DNA of 64,000 bases from Bacteroidetes bacterium GWF2_33_16 (GCA_001768565.1 MEOE01000014.1:82267-146266); one strand, 5' to 3'. Positions 39,096 to 49,653 are shown, counted from the stretch's first letter. The notes: generated by a model not told the origin, from the sequence alone. Program-made: numbers and translations.

Positions 39096-41159
39096 ATGAT
39101 AAAAGTAAATTCAACTAGCCAAAAGCATAAAACTATTCGTTTTAATAAATGGTCAAATAAAAAGTACTCAGTATTTAACTCGCTAAAAAGAGTAATTAAA
39201 ATTAGTACACTTAATGTTGCCTATTCAATTGTTATTTTGCCAATTCAACTAATTGCACAAACTGATACTACCAGAATAATTCAAAACATCGATTTAGAAG
39301 AGGTTGTTGTGAGTGCAGAACGATCGCCTGTAGTTTATTCGAGTCTTGCACGTATAGTTACTATTATTGATAATCAAGATTTCGGTCTAATGCCAGTAAC
39401 CTGTATAAATGAATTAATTGAGTCAGGTTCGTTTGTCGATATCAGGCAGCGTGGTTCAAATGGAGTTCAAGCCGACATAAGTATCCGTGGTGGAACATTC
39501 GACCAAAATCTTATCCTTCTAAATGGCATTAATATTAGCGATCCTCAAACTGGTCATCATAGTTTAAACCTTCCTATTGATCTTAATTCTGTTCAACGTA
39601 TTGAAATTCTTGAAGGCCCTGGTTCAAGAATATTTGGCCCAAACGCTTTTAGTGGAGCAATAAACATTATTACCAATCAATCCGATAAAAATTATATACG
39701 AAGCCGTTTTGCTATTGGAGATTTTGGATTATACTCAGGATCTATTTCAGGATCGATAAAAAATAAAAAATTCGGACAGTTTATTTCAGTATCTAAAACC
39801 ATATCAGGAGGATACACCCAGAATACCGATTATGATAATATGAATATATTTTATAATCCTTACCTAAACTCAAAAATTGGAAAAATCGATTTTCAAATTG
39901 GTTATACAAATCGCGCTTTTGGTGCAAATAGCTTTTATACTCCTGAATATCCTGATCAGTACGAACAAATAAAAACAACCTTTTCAAGTCTGAAGTTGGA
40001 GACTGGAAATAAAATTAAAATTATTCCTGCTGTATATTACAGAGCTCATAAAGATAGGTTTGAATTATTCAGAACGAAACCAGCTACATGGTATAGTGGC
40101 CACAATTATCATTATACACAGGTTTATGGGGCAAAAATTGATGCACGCTTTTCATGGAGCTTAGGAAATACATCTTTGGGTGCTGAATATCGATCAGAAA
40201 ATATACTTAGTAACAAACTTGGATTACCCATGAACGATACAATTGAAATATCTGACGAACCAAATGGTTTTTATGATAAAGAGTATGCAAGGGATATTAC
40301 CAATATTTTCATGGAGCATTCAATATATCTGGATAAATTTTCTATTACAGCTGGTATGTTGGGAAGTTATTTAGATGAAAAAAACAATAAATTAAGTTTT
40401 TACCCAGGTATTGATATTAGTTTCAAAATTGCAGATAATCTCAGGATATATTCCTCAATAAACAAATCGTTACGTTTACCAACATTTACCGATTTGTTTT
40501 ATACTGGACCCAAAAATAATGGAAACCCAAATTTAGTTCCGGAGGAAGCATGGAGCTATGAAGGAGGAATCAGGTTTTATTCTAATTCTGTTAATTCAAA
40601 TGGGAGTGTTTTTTTTAGAGATTCAGAAAACTTAATTGAATGGGTTCGTCATAAAGATTCAACGCAATCAGCCAAGTGGGAAACTCAAAATTTAACCGAA
40701 GTTAAAACCTTTGGAATTCAATTTCAAACAAAAATAAAACTACATGATATTTATGAAAATCAGCTAGTTAAAGAAATAACTTTAAATTACGCTTATTTGA
40801 ATCAGTCAATAGCATCGAATAACTATGAAACAAAATATTCACTTAATTATTTAAAGCACAATATGAATCTTACTATTTTACACAAAGTGCTTAAAAAGGT
40901 TGATTTGTCGTGGAATTTTAAATATCAGGATCGGGCAGGTGAATATCAATTATATAATTTCCAGGACAAAACGTATGAACCTGAAAAAGAATTTAAACCA
41001 GTTTTTATTGTTGATGCCAAATTAATCTGGAAACATAAGTGGCTAAATGTATTTATCGAATCAACAAATTTGTTTAATGTTTCATATGCTGATTTTGCCA
41101 ATATGAATATGCCTGGTAGATGGTTTGTTGCTGGTCTTGAACTTAATTATAGCTGGTAA
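39096..41159 (+). CDS. TonB-dependent outer-membrane receptor
   Basis: Plug-domain motifs (EEVVVSAER, IEILEGPGSRIFGPNAFSGAINIIT), a long beta-barrel and a C-terminal aromatic residue (NYSW). Confidence 0.9.
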   Translation: MIKVNSTSQKHKTIRFNKWSNKKYSVFNSLKRVIKISTLNVAYSIVILPIQLIAQTDTTRIIQNIDLEEVVVSAERSPVVYSSLARIVTIIDNQDFGLMPVTCINELIESGSFVDIRQRGSNGVQADISIRGGTFDQNLILLNGINISDPQTGHHSLNLPIDLNSVQRIEILEGPGSRIFGPNAFSGAINIITNQSDKNYIRSRFAIGDFGLYSGSISGSIKNKKFGQFISVSKTISGGYTQNTDYDNMNIFYNPYLNSKIGKIDFQIGYTNRAFGANSFYTPEYPDQYEQIKTTFSSLKLETGNKIKIIPAVYYRAHKDRFELFRTKPATWYSGHNYHYTQVYGAKIDARFSWSLGNTSLGAEYRSENILSNKLGLPMNDTIEISDEPNGFYDKEYARDITNIFMEHSIYLDKFSITAGMLGSYLDEKNNKLSFYPGIDISFKIADNLRIYSSINKSLRLPTFTDLFYTGPKNNGNPNLVPEEAWSYEGGIRFYSNSVNSNGSVFFRDSENLIEWVRHKDSTQSAKWETQNLTEVKTFGIQFQTKIKLHDIYENQLVKEITLNYAYLNQSIASNNYETKYSLNYLKHNMNLTILHKVLKKVDLSWNFKYQDRAGEYQLYNFQDKTYEPEKEFKPVFIVDAKLIWKHKWLNVFIESTNLFNVSYADFANMNMPGRWFVAGLELNYSW

Positions 41160-41227
41160 TACCAAATGATTCAATAAAAAAAATAAATAAAAACTGTCAA
41201 TGGGTTTAGTTTTAAGAATATTTTTTT

Positions 41228-41235
41228 TACTTTTG
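41228..41235 (+). promoter_or_regulatory. Bacteroidetes-type -7 promoter element (TAnnTTTG) upstream of the acidic lipoprotein gene
   Basis: tacttttg 38 nt upstream of ATG 41273; low specificity. Confidence 0.25.
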
Positions 41236-41272
41236 CTAGGAATCCTAAATTATAATTAAATCAAATTACAAG

Positions 41273-41470
41273 ATGAAAAAATTACAATTATTATTAGTTG
41301 CCTTGGCACTTGTTAGCTTTACTGCTTTCTATTCTTGCGCACCAAAACAAGAAAAACCTGCTGAAGAAGCTACTGAACAAGTAGAAGAAGCTACAACAGA
41401 AGAAGCTACAACAGAAGAAGCTCCAGTTGAAGAAGTTGCAGAAGAAGTTGCAGAAGAAGCTGCTGAATAG
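41273..41470 (+). CDS. 65-aa lipoprotein with a highly acidic Glu/Ala/Thr repeat tail
   Basis: Signal peptide plus lipobox (FYSC), then EEATEQVEEATTEEATTEEAPVEEVAEEVAEEAAE. Followed by a canonical terminator. Confidence 0.7.
   Translation: MKKLQLLLVALALVSFTAFYSCAPKQEKPAEEATEQVEEATTEEATTEEAPVEEVAEEVAEEAAE
41384..41467 (+). repeat. Short in-frame tandem repeats (15-bp x2, 12-bp x2 GAAGAAG-based units)
   Basis: gaagaagctacaaca twice, then gaagaagttgca twice, flanked by related gaagaagct units. Confidence 0.8.
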
Positions 41471-41495
41471 TTTTTTAAGTGCTTAGAAAAAATAG

Positions 41496-41520
41496 AGCAG
41501 GACTAGGTCCTGCTTTTTTT
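41496..41520 (+). terminator. Rho-independent terminator
   Basis: agcaggac / gtcctgct stem, 3-nt loop, then a T6 run. Lies between convergent genes. Confidence 0.85.
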
Positions 41521-41524
41521 ATGT

Positions 41525-42349
41525 TTAAAAGATTCCTGTAATTATTCCGGTTACAACTTTTCCCTGGGAATAATCAAACTCCGATCCATACAGGCTATGA
41601 GGTATAATGTAAATAAGGAATAAAATAATTGATGCTAAAAGAGTAATTCTGTAATTTGCTTTTTTCATGTTTACCAAAACAGCAATTAACCAAAAAATGA
41701 GTGCTATCAAAGTCTTGTTATCTGTTAAGTCCCATCCAAAAGGTACTCCTGTCCATGCTTGTCCGAATGCAAATTGCTGAATCACTGGGCCAAAAATCAT
41801 TCCGCCTACTATCAAAAATAAAAGGGTTAGTCTACCATAAAGCATTTGTTTTTCATTATTTATAGCTGCCATAATGCCTGAAATAGTAGAAAAAAGCATT
41901 GCTAAAAACATTAAGAGTATATGTGGAATCATAGCCCAGGCTGGCACATTTCCTTTGAATCGAATTATTACAAGCTCAGAATTTACCGTGTTTTCTGGAT
42001 TATACTTTTTCGATAGCGATACATAATACTGCAATTTACCAGCAGCTGGTTGCTTTGGCAAATAAGCAATTAATTTATCAGCGTTTCTAACTAAGTCAAT
42101 GGTTTTCCAATTATCATCAACCGGAAACAATTTGTAATTAAGACTTCCTGTTATTGATGTATCTTGAATAAGAATCTCAATTTTTGCATCTTTATCATTA
42201 TTGCTAGTTCGCAATAACTTAAACTCATGAATAGCTCCAGCCACTTCCATTTTTATTTTCTTTGGATAAGTTGGACCTGTCTTTCGCTGATAATATGCTG
42301 CTCCTACAGTTATAATAACAGCTAATACCCAAATAAGTGATTTTTTCAT
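41525..42349 (-). CDS. Membrane protein of unknown function (N-terminal extracytoplasmic domain + ~5 TM helices)
   Basis: Signal/anchor sequence, ~130-aa soluble region, then hydrophobic helices (IPHILLMFLAMLFSTISGIM, LTLLFLIVGGMIFGPVI, etc.). Confidence 0.6.
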   Translation of the reverse strand: MKKSLIWVLAVIITVGAAYYQRKTGPTYPKKIKMEVAGAIHEFKLLRTSNNDKDAKIEILIQDTSITGSLNYKLFPVDDNWKTIDLVRNADKLIAYLPKQPAAGKLQYYVSLSKKYNPENTVNSELVIIRFKGNVPAWAMIPHILLMFLAMLFSTISGIMAAINNEKQMLYGRLTLLFLIVGGMIFGPVIQQFAFGQAWTGVPFGWDLTDNKTLIALIFWLIAVLVNMKKANYRITLLASIILFLIYIIPHSLYGSEFDYSQGKVVTGIITGIF

Positions 42350-42356
42350 ATTGATT

Positions 42357-44135
42357 TTAAAGCTGAATAATTAGTACTTTGTTTTCATTTTCTCTAATTA
42401 CTTCAACAGTAATTATTTGTCCCAATTCTAGTTTTGTAAGTCTTTCCATATAACCGTAAATATCTTTTACAGCAAGCCCGTCAATAGCAATAATTATATC
42501 TCCCGTTTTCATTCCGGCTTTATCTGCAGCTTTACCTTCAATAACAAGATCAACTCGTAATCCTCGCTTCTCTACTCCCGAAAAATCGGGCATAATACCA
42601 AATGTAACTTTCATTTTGCGATTGCCCATAGCAGGCGAAGGAGCTTTTGAACCTGCTTCGGTAAATAATAATTGAGATTTTGTAGTTGCCAGATTAAAAG
42701 CTAAATCATGAATGTAATTAGTAACCTGAAATAATCCATCAAAGTTGATATTTCCAAGACTGTCACCTGGTGTATGATAATCGGTGTGAGCTCCTGTTGA
42801 AAGAAAGAAAACAGGAATATTTATACTGTAAAACGATGAGTGATCAGATGGGCCATATCCCTCTTTCGATAAGCCAAGTTTAAAGTTGTAGTTCGTATTA
42901 ATCATGTTTACAAGCGAATCGCTTATTGTTGTTGTACCAATACCTCCAATTTGAAGACTATTATCTGGTTTCATCCTTCCGATCATATCAATATTGATCA
43001 TCGCAACAATCTGATTATTCTTTATTGGTAAATTTTGTGTAAAATGTTTCGAACCTAAAAGACCCATTTCTTCGGCTCCAAATGCGGCAAAAATAAAATT
43101 GCATTTCAATTGATCCTTTGTAGATGAAAGTTTTTGTGCAATCTCTAATACAGCCGATACTCCTGAAGCATTATCATCTGCACCATAATGTACCGAAGTT
43201 ACATTTGGATTTCGTGAACCAGTTCCTATGCCTCCAAATCCAAGATGATCATAATGTCCTCCTATAATAATAAACTTAGCGTTTTCTGATGAATCAACGA
43301 TTAATTGTGAAACAATATTGAATGTATTGTTCTTAACCTCTTGCAAATCAGTAATTATTTTAATTGTTTCGTTTAAAGAAAATGAAATTGACTTTTTTTC
43401 TGAATTTAATTCTGATTCTAAATCTAAAATTGTATGACCCGATTTTTTTAGTATTTTATCTGCTAATTCTCTCTTAATCTGAACCACAGGAATATTAATT
43501 TGTCCTTGAGAATTTTCAATTTTTACCAATTTATCATCCTTATCAAAAGTTGGTCCAGATACAAGGATCACACCTGCCGCTCCATGATCTTCAGCAGCTG
43601 TTGCTTTTGATCGTGCGCTGCTGAATGCTTCGTAAACCGAAAAAGCTGTGTTTGATTTAGGAGAACTCAGAAGAATCATCACCCATTTGCCTGTTAAATC
43701 AATTCCAGTATAATCATCCCAAACAATGGAGTCAGTTTTTATATTAAAACCATAACCTGCAAATACAATTTCGGCTTCCAACTCTTTATTTATTGAAAAA
43801 GGATATGGAGAGAAATCTGAATTTAACGAATAGCTTGTGTTGTTAAATCTCAATAAATTGTTCTGACCTGCAATAAGAGTCGGTCTAATTTCAAATTCTT
43901 GCAATCCATTATTATAAAGTAATTCAAGATTCGAATTTTTAAAATTCTTTGCAATATAATTAGCAGCAACTTTATCTTCTGCTGTTCCGGGAAATCTACC
44001 TTTTAATGAGTCGCTGGCCAAAAAATGAATATGATGGTATAATTCATCTTTAGTAATATCTTTGTTTATCTGTTGTGCATTAATGCATGATGTAAGAAAA
44101 ACAAATATAATAAGTGCAGAAAGATTTAATTTCAT
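42357..44135 (-). CDS. M28-family aminopeptidase with PA insert and C-terminal PDZ domain
   Basis: M28 metal-ligand contexts (GGHYDHLG, GADDNASG, FGAEEMGLLGS, NIDMIG, DYHTPGD) and a C-terminal PDZ-like GLRVDLVIEGKAADKAGMKTGDIIIAIDG. Confidence 0.85.
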   Translation of the reverse strand: MKLNLSALIIFVFLTSCINAQQINKDITKDELYHHIHFLASDSLKGRFPGTAEDKVAANYIAKNFKNSNLELLYNNGLQEFEIRPTLIAGQNNLLRFNNTSYSLNSDFSPYPFSINKELEAEIVFAGYGFNIKTDSIVWDDYTGIDLTGKWVMILLSSPKSNTAFSVYEAFSSARSKATAAEDHGAAGVILVSGPTFDKDDKLVKIENSQGQINIPVVQIKRELADKILKKSGHTILDLESELNSEKKSISFSLNETIKIITDLQEVKNNTFNIVSQLIVDSSENAKFIIIGGHYDHLGFGGIGTGSRNPNVTSVHYGADDNASGVSAVLEIAQKLSSTKDQLKCNFIFAAFGAEEMGLLGSKHFTQNLPIKNNQIVAMINIDMIGRMKPDNSLQIGGIGTTTISDSLVNMINTNYNFKLGLSKEGYGPSDHSSFYSINIPVFFLSTGAHTDYHTPGDSLGNINFDGLFQVTNYIHDLAFNLATTKSQLLFTEAGSKAPSPAMGNRKMKVTFGIMPDFSGVEKRGLRVDLVIEGKAADKAGMKTGDIIIAIDGLAVKDIYGYMERLTKLELGQIITVEVIRENENKVLIIQL

Positions 44136-44146
44136 AATTGTATTTT

Positions 44147-45913
44147 TTACCAGTAAAATGAAGTATAATATGTATTGATATTTCCTTTTTGATCTATTAC
44201 AAAAAGCTCTAGCTCATGGTTCGTATGTTTTTTAATCCGTTGATCGTCCAAAATATAAAAAAGCAAATCATTTTTCATATCGTATTCAAAAAGAGCCCAA
44301 TTATTGTCAATATAACCATTAAATATTTTTATCCCTGAGAGTTCATCTTTAATTGTGAATTTTATGGTATCAGAATTATTAAACTTTTTATTTTCAACTA
44401 ATGGAATTATTGAAGGTGCAATTGTATCAACAAGTACAAAAAAATCACCTAATTCTTTACTATTGGCAACCACATAACCATTAATAAAATCACCACCCAA
44501 GGATATCATTTTTCCATTTCCATTGCCGTTTCCATTTTCCTTCTTTTGCGCAATAATTGCTTTTTCTCTTAGGTTTTCAGGGAGATTAATGGTTTTTATT
44601 GAAATTGAATAAGGCTTGAGTACCGGTGTATATTTATCATGAATTTTATGAACCAAAGAGTAGCTGTTTTCTATTGGTTCAGATGTGGTATAAACAAAAT
44701 TTGTAGTTTCAAAAAAAGTATTCGCCGGAAAAACAAGCTGAATGTTTTCATCTGTAAAGCTGTTTTCGATATTCCAATAAAACGTTTTCGCTTTTAATGT
44801 ATCTTCATTAATGTAATTATTATTGAATGATGAGCTTTTTACATTAAAAAGTAGTTTAGACCTATTTCCGTGCACATCGGTAGCTAGAAATTGGATAGTA
44901 TATGCAGAATCAGTATTAAAATCAAATATACCATTACTAACTTTAACTTGATAAATTGAAAGATTATTGTTAGGTGCAATGTAGGTTTTTTGGAATGTCT
45001 TTTTTGTTCTTACTCGTTCAGAATAATCAATATGACTTTTAACATATGCCATTTCTGAAAATGAGAGTTTGTCTAAAGTATGAAGATAAACTTCTTTATC
45101 ATTTACAAGGATAGACATCGTATAAATACCACAGCGGTTTTTCGAATCGTTGAGAAAATCATTTATTTCGTAACCAAAATAAAACCTGCCTGACAGTTGC
45201 AGAGTATCAATAATCTTATAATCTCCATTTGCTTTTTCCACACTGTAAAATTTGGGTTGGTTTAATCCATTTGCAAGACTCTCTTTTGAGGCTGGGTAAA
45301 CAAACAAACTATAGAAAACAGGTGAAATGTCATCCTGAACAGAAAAATTAAATAGTAAAGGATTCAATGGATCCTGATTTTTGGAATCCCGAATCTCAAA
45401 ATGCAGGTGTGGTCCACTTGATTGTCCGGTATTTCCCGAAAATCCTATTAATTCGCCTTTTTTAACCTTTAAACTATTTATTGGAGCATAAAAATCAACT
45501 TCAAATTCTTTGTTCTTGTATTGAATGTCTTTTATAAGATTATTAATTTCAGGTTTGAAATTACTTAAATGCCCATAAACAGATGTATATCCACTTGGAT
45601 GATTAATGTAAAGAGTTTTACCGTATCCATTTGCCGAAATCTTTATTCTCGAAATATACCCCTCGTCGATTGAATATATATTTTTACCCTCAACACCCTG
45701 GGTTTTTATATCTATTCCTGCATGAAAATGTTCTGCTCTTATCTCACCAAAGTTACCTGCAAGGTAAATAGGAAAATCAACTGGTGATTGAAAATTGTTT
45801 TTTTTCGTTTTTATCTGACTAAATAGATAAAGATTGAGTAAACAGAAAGAAAAAAGAAGCGCGATTTTTTTTAATTGTATTATTTTCATTAAATTTATAC
45901 AGGTTTTTTGCAA
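44147..45913 (-). CDS. M23-family metallopeptidase (LytM-like) with a large C-terminal extension
   Basis: HFHAGIDI and GPHLHFEI zinc motifs in the N-terminal third. The real start may be the downstream MKII (45889). Confidence 0.85.
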   Translation of the reverse strand: MQKTCINLMKIIQLKKIALLFSFCLLNLYLFSQIKTKKNNFQSPVDFPIYLAGNFGEIRAEHFHAGIDIKTQGVEGKNIYSIDEGYISRIKISANGYGKTLYINHPSGYTSVYGHLSNFKPEINNLIKDIQYKNKEFEVDFYAPINSLKVKKGELIGFSGNTGQSSGPHLHFEIRDSKNQDPLNPLLFNFSVQDDISPVFYSLFVYPASKESLANGLNQPKFYSVEKANGDYKIIDTLQLSGRFYFGYEINDFLNDSKNRCGIYTMSILVNDKEVYLHTLDKLSFSEMAYVKSHIDYSERVRTKKTFQKTYIAPNNNLSIYQVKVSNGIFDFNTDSAYTIQFLATDVHGNRSKLLFNVKSSSFNNNYINEDTLKAKTFYWNIENSFTDENIQLVFPANTFFETTNFVYTTSEPIENSYSLVHKIHDKYTPVLKPYSISIKTINLPENLREKAIIAQKKENGNGNGNGKMISLGGDFINGYVVANSKELGDFFVLVDTIAPSIIPLVENKKFNNSDTIKFTIKDELSGIKIFNGYIDNNWALFEYDMKNDLLFYILDDQRIKKHTNHELELFVIDQKGNINTYYTSFYW

Positions 45914-46005
45914 TAATAATGGATTTCAATTTAACAAAACTAAAATTAAATTTGTTTTATACTAAAAAACTATAAGTATTATTTTTGAATTTGTTGAACC
46001 TATAT

Positions 46006-46013
46006 TAATTTTG
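46006..46013 (+). promoter_or_regulatory. Bacteroidetes-type -7 promoter element (TAnnTTTG) upstream of the zapA operon
   Basis: taattttg 19 nt upstream of ATG 46032, with TTTG motifs ~20 nt further upstream (45984-45993). Confidence 0.3.
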
Positions 46014-46031
46014 CGATTTATTTGAACTATT

Positions 46032-46325
46032 ATGGAAGTTGAACAAAAAGAAATGGTTGGAACTTTAAAACAGAAAGTTAACAAGGTAATTTCATTATAT
46101 AATAACTTAAAAATTGAGAATAATAAATTACATCAACAACAAAAAGAACTAAAAGAAACATTAAAAATAAGAGAAACAGAATTAGATTTTTTTAAAAATA
46201 AGTATAATAAGCTTAAATTAGCAAAAAGTATTGTAGCATCAGCAGGAGAATCGCACGATGCTAAGATAAAGATTAACAGGATAGTGCGGGAGATAGATAA
46301 GTGTATTGCTCTTTTGAACAGATAG
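46032..46325 (+). CDS. 97-aa coiled-coil protein (ZapB-like by position and composition)
   Basis: Continuous heptad-rich sequence (LKIENNKLHQQQKELKETLKIRETELDFFKNKYNKLKL) immediately upstream of zapA. Confidence 0.55.
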   Translation: MEVEQKEMVGTLKQKVNKVISLYNNLKIENNKLHQQQKELKETLKIRETELDFFKNKYNKLKLAKSIVASAGESHDAKIKINRIVREIDKCIALLNR

Positions 46326-46339
46326 AATCTGATTAGATA

Positions 46340-46633
46340 ATGGAAGATAAATTATCAATAAGGGTTAATATCGCAGATAGATATTATCCACTTAAAATAG
46401 ATAGGGGAGATGAGGAAAAGATTCGCAAAGCGGCTAAGATGATCAATGATAGGGTATTGCAGTATAAACAGCGATATACCGATAAAGATGTTCAGGATTT
46501 TTTGGCAATGGCTGCCTTGCAATATGTAATTAAAATGATTGAATGCGAGTCGAGTATGGAATTATCGCCAATGCTTGATGAGCTGAAGGGATTGAATGAA
46601 GAATTAGACGAATTTATAAAAAGAGAGTACTAA
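46340..46633 (+). CDS. zapA: Cell division protein ZapA
   Basis: 97 aa; N-terminal LSIRVNIADRYYPLKIDRGDEEKIRKAAKMINDRV matches the ZapA family pattern (V.I.gr.Y.l....ee..l..aa..l...). Confidence 0.8.
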   Translation: MEDKLSIRVNIADRYYPLKIDRGDEEKIRKAAKMINDRVLQYKQRYTDKDVQDFLAMAALQYVIKMIECESSMELSPMLDELKGLNEELDEFIKREY

Positions 46634-46649
46634 ACGTTCTTTGTATAAC

Positions 46650-46853
46650 AATATTGCCCGCATTGTTTCTTTATTATCTGTAAAACTCAACACTTTACAA
46701 ATTGGAGCAAAGCTTATTTGATCAAGAGCAGGCCCTACTTCCGATTCGTCGGAATTCCCTTCGGGGAACAAGGGAAGGTCGAAATTGAATAGCGGTTCCA
46801 CCCATGTCATTTTGGGGTTTTTAGAGAATTGGAGAAATCAATGCGGGTTTTTT
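46650..46853 (+). ncRNA. Structured ~200-nt ncRNA, probable 6S RNA
   Basis: Long-range closing stem cccgcattg (46657-46665) / caatgcggg (46839-46847), extended by tttct/agaaa and followed by a T6 run. Two internal UUCG-tetraloop hairpins (ccga-ttcg-tcgg 46741-46752; ttccc-ttcg-gggaa 46755-46768). Locally G+C-rich. Lies immediately downstream of zapA, as ssrS does in E. coli. Confidence 0.5.
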
Positions 46854-46882
46854 ATATATAAACCATTAAATAAATTTTGAAT

Positions 46883-48454
46883 ATGATAATTTTAAACATA
46901 ATAGGAGCATTTTCGGTTGCTGTATTAGGCACGATTATTGCCATAGCTGCGTTTGCAGTGGGGGGGGTTGTTTCTTACCTGATATGGGATAAAGCTCTGT
47001 CAACCAAAAGAAACCGAATAGTTAAAGATGCTGAATCTGAAGCTGAGGTGATTAGAAAAGATAAAATCCTTCAGGCTAAAGAAAAATTTCTTCAACTAAA
47101 AGCTGAACACGAGCAGGAAATAAACGAACGATCAAGCAAATTAGTTATAGATGAAAATCGTTTTAGACAAAAAGATCTTGCTTTATCTCAAAGAATAGAA
47201 GAAACTCAGAGAAAAAAGAAAGAAGTTGAAGTTATACGCGAAAACTTACAAACTCAGATCGAGCTTGTAGAAAAACGTAATGAAGAGCTTGAGCGAATGC
47301 ATAAACAACAAGTTGAACAATTAGAAGCAATTTCAGGTTTGTCTGCTGATCAGGCAAAAGAACAACTTATAGAATCATTAAAAGCCGAGGCTCGAACCGA
47401 AGCTATGTCTCATATCAATGAGATTATGGAAGAAGCACGCATGACAGCAAATAAAGAGGCAAAACGAATTGTTGTACAAACGGTTCAGCGCGTTGCTACT
47501 GAATCTGCTGTAGAGAACTCGGTAACTGTTTTTAATATAGATAGTGATGAGATTAAGGGTAGAATAATTGGTCGTGAAGGTAGGAATATACGTGCATTGG
47601 AAGCTGCAACAGGCGTAGAGATTATCGTTGATGATACTCCAGAAGCAATTATTCTTTCAGCATTTGATCCAGTTAGAAGAGAAATAGCACGTCTTGCTCT
47701 ACATCAGTTAGTTACCGATGGTAGAATACATCCAGCACGTATTGAAGAAGTTGTACTAAAAACACAGAAGCAAATCGAAGAAGAGATTGTTGAAGTTGGT
47801 AAACGTACAGCAATAGATTTGGGTGTACATGGTTTGCACCCTGAAATTATCAGATTAATTGGTAAGATGAAATACCGGTCCTCATATGGACAAAATTTAT
47901 TACAACACTCACGCGAAGTTGCAAACCTTTCTGCAATTATGGCATCTGAGCTTGGATTGAATGCTAAATTAGCCAAACGAGCAGGGTTGTTGCATGATAT
48001 TGGAAAAGTTCCAGATGATGAACCAGAATTGCCACATGCAATTCTTGGTATGAAAATAGCCGAGAAATACAAAGAAAAACCAGAGGTGTGCAATGCTATT
48101 GGTGCTCACCACGATGAAGTAGAAATGACCTCGTTGTTGTCTCCAATTATTCAGGTTTGTGATGCAATTTCTGGCGCACGTCCTGGTGCTCGACGCGAAG
48201 TGGTTGAGTCGTATATTAAACGATTGAAAGACCTTGAAGAACTGGCATTGTCGTATCCAGGTGTTATGAAAACATATGCTATACAAGCTGGACGTGAGCT
48301 ACGTGTAATTGTTGGTAGCGATAAAGTAACCGATGGTGATGCAGAAAAACTTTCGTTTGATATTTCTCAGAAAATTCAGAACGAAATGACTTATCCAGGA
48401 CAGATAAAGATTACTGTTATAAGGGAAACAAGAGCTATTAATTACGCAAAATAG
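46883..48454 (+). CDS. rny: Ribonuclease Y
   Basis: N-terminal TM, long coiled coil, KH domain ([26 protein letters not shown]) and HD domain (LLHDIGK...GAHH). ATG 46883 preferred over TTG 46877. Confidence 0.95.
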   Translation: MIILNIIGAFSVAVLGTIIAIAAFAVGGVVSYLIWDKALSTKRNRIVKDAESEAEVIRKDKILQAKEKFLQLKAEHEQEINERSSKLVIDENRFRQKDLALSQRIEETQRKKKEVEVIRENLQTQIELVEKRNEELERMHKQQVEQLEAISGLSADQAKEQLIESLKAEARTEAMSHINEIMEEARMTANKEAKRIVVQTVQRVATESAVENSVTVFNIDSDEIKGRIIGREGRNIRALEAATGVEIIVDDTPEAIILSAFDPVRREIARLALHQLVTDGRIHPARIEEVVLKTQKQIEEEIVEVGKRTAIDLGVHGLHPEIIRLIGKMKYRSSYGQNLLQHSREVANLSAIMASELGLNAKLAKRAGLLHDIGKVPDDEPELPHAILGMKIAEKYKEKPEVCNAIGAHHDEVEMTSLLSPIIQVCDAISGARPGARREVVESYIKRLKDLEELALSYPGVMKTYAIQAGRELRVIVGSDKVTDGDAEKLSFDISQKIQNEMTYPGQIKITVIRETRAINYAK

Positions 48455-48524
48455 AACAAGCTGCTGGCTTGCCTGCTCTAAGCAGGTTGCTGGTTGAAGA
48501 TTAATTTATAATAATCGCTAAGCT

Positions 48525-49652
48525 ATGCAAATACAGATGGTTGACTTAAAGAGTCAGTACAACAAAATTAAAGAAGAGATCGATACTGCCATTCAGGACG
48601 TAATCGATTCTTCTGCTTTTATAAATGGTCCCAAAGTAAGTGAGTTTGTGGATCATCTTTCGAGATATCTTGGAGGTATAAATATTATTCCTTGTGCCAA
48701 CGGAACCGATGCTATTCAAATAGCCTTAATGGCTCTGGATCTTAAACCAGGCGATGAAGTAATTTTGCCCGTACATACCTATGTTGCTACAGCCGAAGTT
48801 ATTGCCTTACTCCAACTAAAACCTGTTTTTGTTGATGTTCATCCCGATTACTTTACAATTGATGTTGATTTGATCGAAGAGAAAATCACTTCTAAAACAA
48901 AAGCGATAGTACCTGTTCATTTATATGGACAGTGTGCTGATATGGATGAAATAGTGAGAATAGCCAGTAAACATAATTTATTTGTAATTGAAGATACTGC
49001 CCAAGCGATTGGTGCAAAATATACATTTCCTGACGGATCTAAAGCCTTTGCAGGTACAATAGGACATTTTGGAACAACCTCATTCTTTCCATCAAAAAAT
49101 CTTGGTTGTTTTGGTGATGGAGGAGCAATGTTTGTCCGTGATGACAATATGGCCAAAAAGGCACATATGATTGCAAACCATGGCCAACGTATTAAATACC
49201 ATCATGACATAATTGGCTGTAATTCAAGACTCGATACAATGCAGGCAGCAATTTTAGATGTTAAGCTTAAATATCTTGATGAGTACTGTGAATCCAGACA
49301 AAAAGCTGCAATAATTTATGATGAATTGCTTAAAGATGTTTCAGGTGTAAAAACTCCTTGCATTTTTTCCCAATCAACTCATGTATATCATCAATATACT
49401 TTAACACTTGATAAATCAATCGACCGAAATGAATTACAGAGTTTTTTAAAAGATAATGGCATTCCTTCAATGGTTTATTACCCAGTACCGTTGCATTGGC
49501 AGGTTGGATATAAGTCTTTTAATAAGGGAGAAGTTTTTCCAGTAACAGAGAAGTTATCAAAAACAGTGCTTTCATTACCTATCCATACCGAATTGATTCT
49601 GGAAGAGCAAGAATATATTGTTAAAATGATCAAAAAATTTTTAAAAAAGTAA
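48525..49652 (+). CDS. DegT/DnrJ/EryC1-family PLP sugar aminotransferase (WbpE-like)
   Basis: Typical family sequence, including the [17 protein letters not shown]-lysine context. Clustered with WbpD/B/A-like genes. Confidence 0.85.
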   Translation: MQIQMVDLKSQYNKIKEEIDTAIQDVIDSSAFINGPKVSEFVDHLSRYLGGINIIPCANGTDAIQIALMALDLKPGDEVILPVHTYVATAEVIALLQLKPVFVDVHPDYFTIDVDLIEEKITSKTKAIVPVHLYGQCADMDEIVRIASKHNLFVIEDTAQAIGAKYTFPDGSKAFAGTIGHFGTTSFFPSKNLGCFGDGGAMFVRDDNMAKKAHMIANHGQRIKYHHDIIGCNSRLDTMQAAILDVKLKYLDEYCESRQKAAIIYDELLKDVSGVKTPCIFSQSTHVYHQYTLTLDKSIDRNELQSFLKDNGIPSMVYYPVPLHWQVGYKSFNKGEVFPVTEKLSKTVLSLPIHTELILEEQEYIVKMIKKFLKK

Positions 49653-49653
49653 T

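Noticed and set aside
44505-44545. GGN/AAT-type microsatellite encoding NGNGNGNG inside the M23 peptidase gene, considered as a phase-variation tract.
   Set aside because: The repeat unit is 6 nt and imperfect at the DNA level (ggaaat/ggcaac/ggcaat), so slippage would stay in frame. It looks like an ordinary flexible linker.
46604-46810. 68-aa minus-strand ORF in the zapA-rny spacer.
   Set aside because: It overlaps the zapA 3' end and coincides with a G+C-rich, highly base-paired segment that ends in a plus-strand terminator-like T-run. A structured ncRNA explains it better.
48472-48486. Small hairpin cctgct-cta-agcagg after rny, considered as a terminator.
   Set aside because: Only 6 bp with a 3-nt loop and no following T-run. 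It is possible but not supportable from sequence alone.
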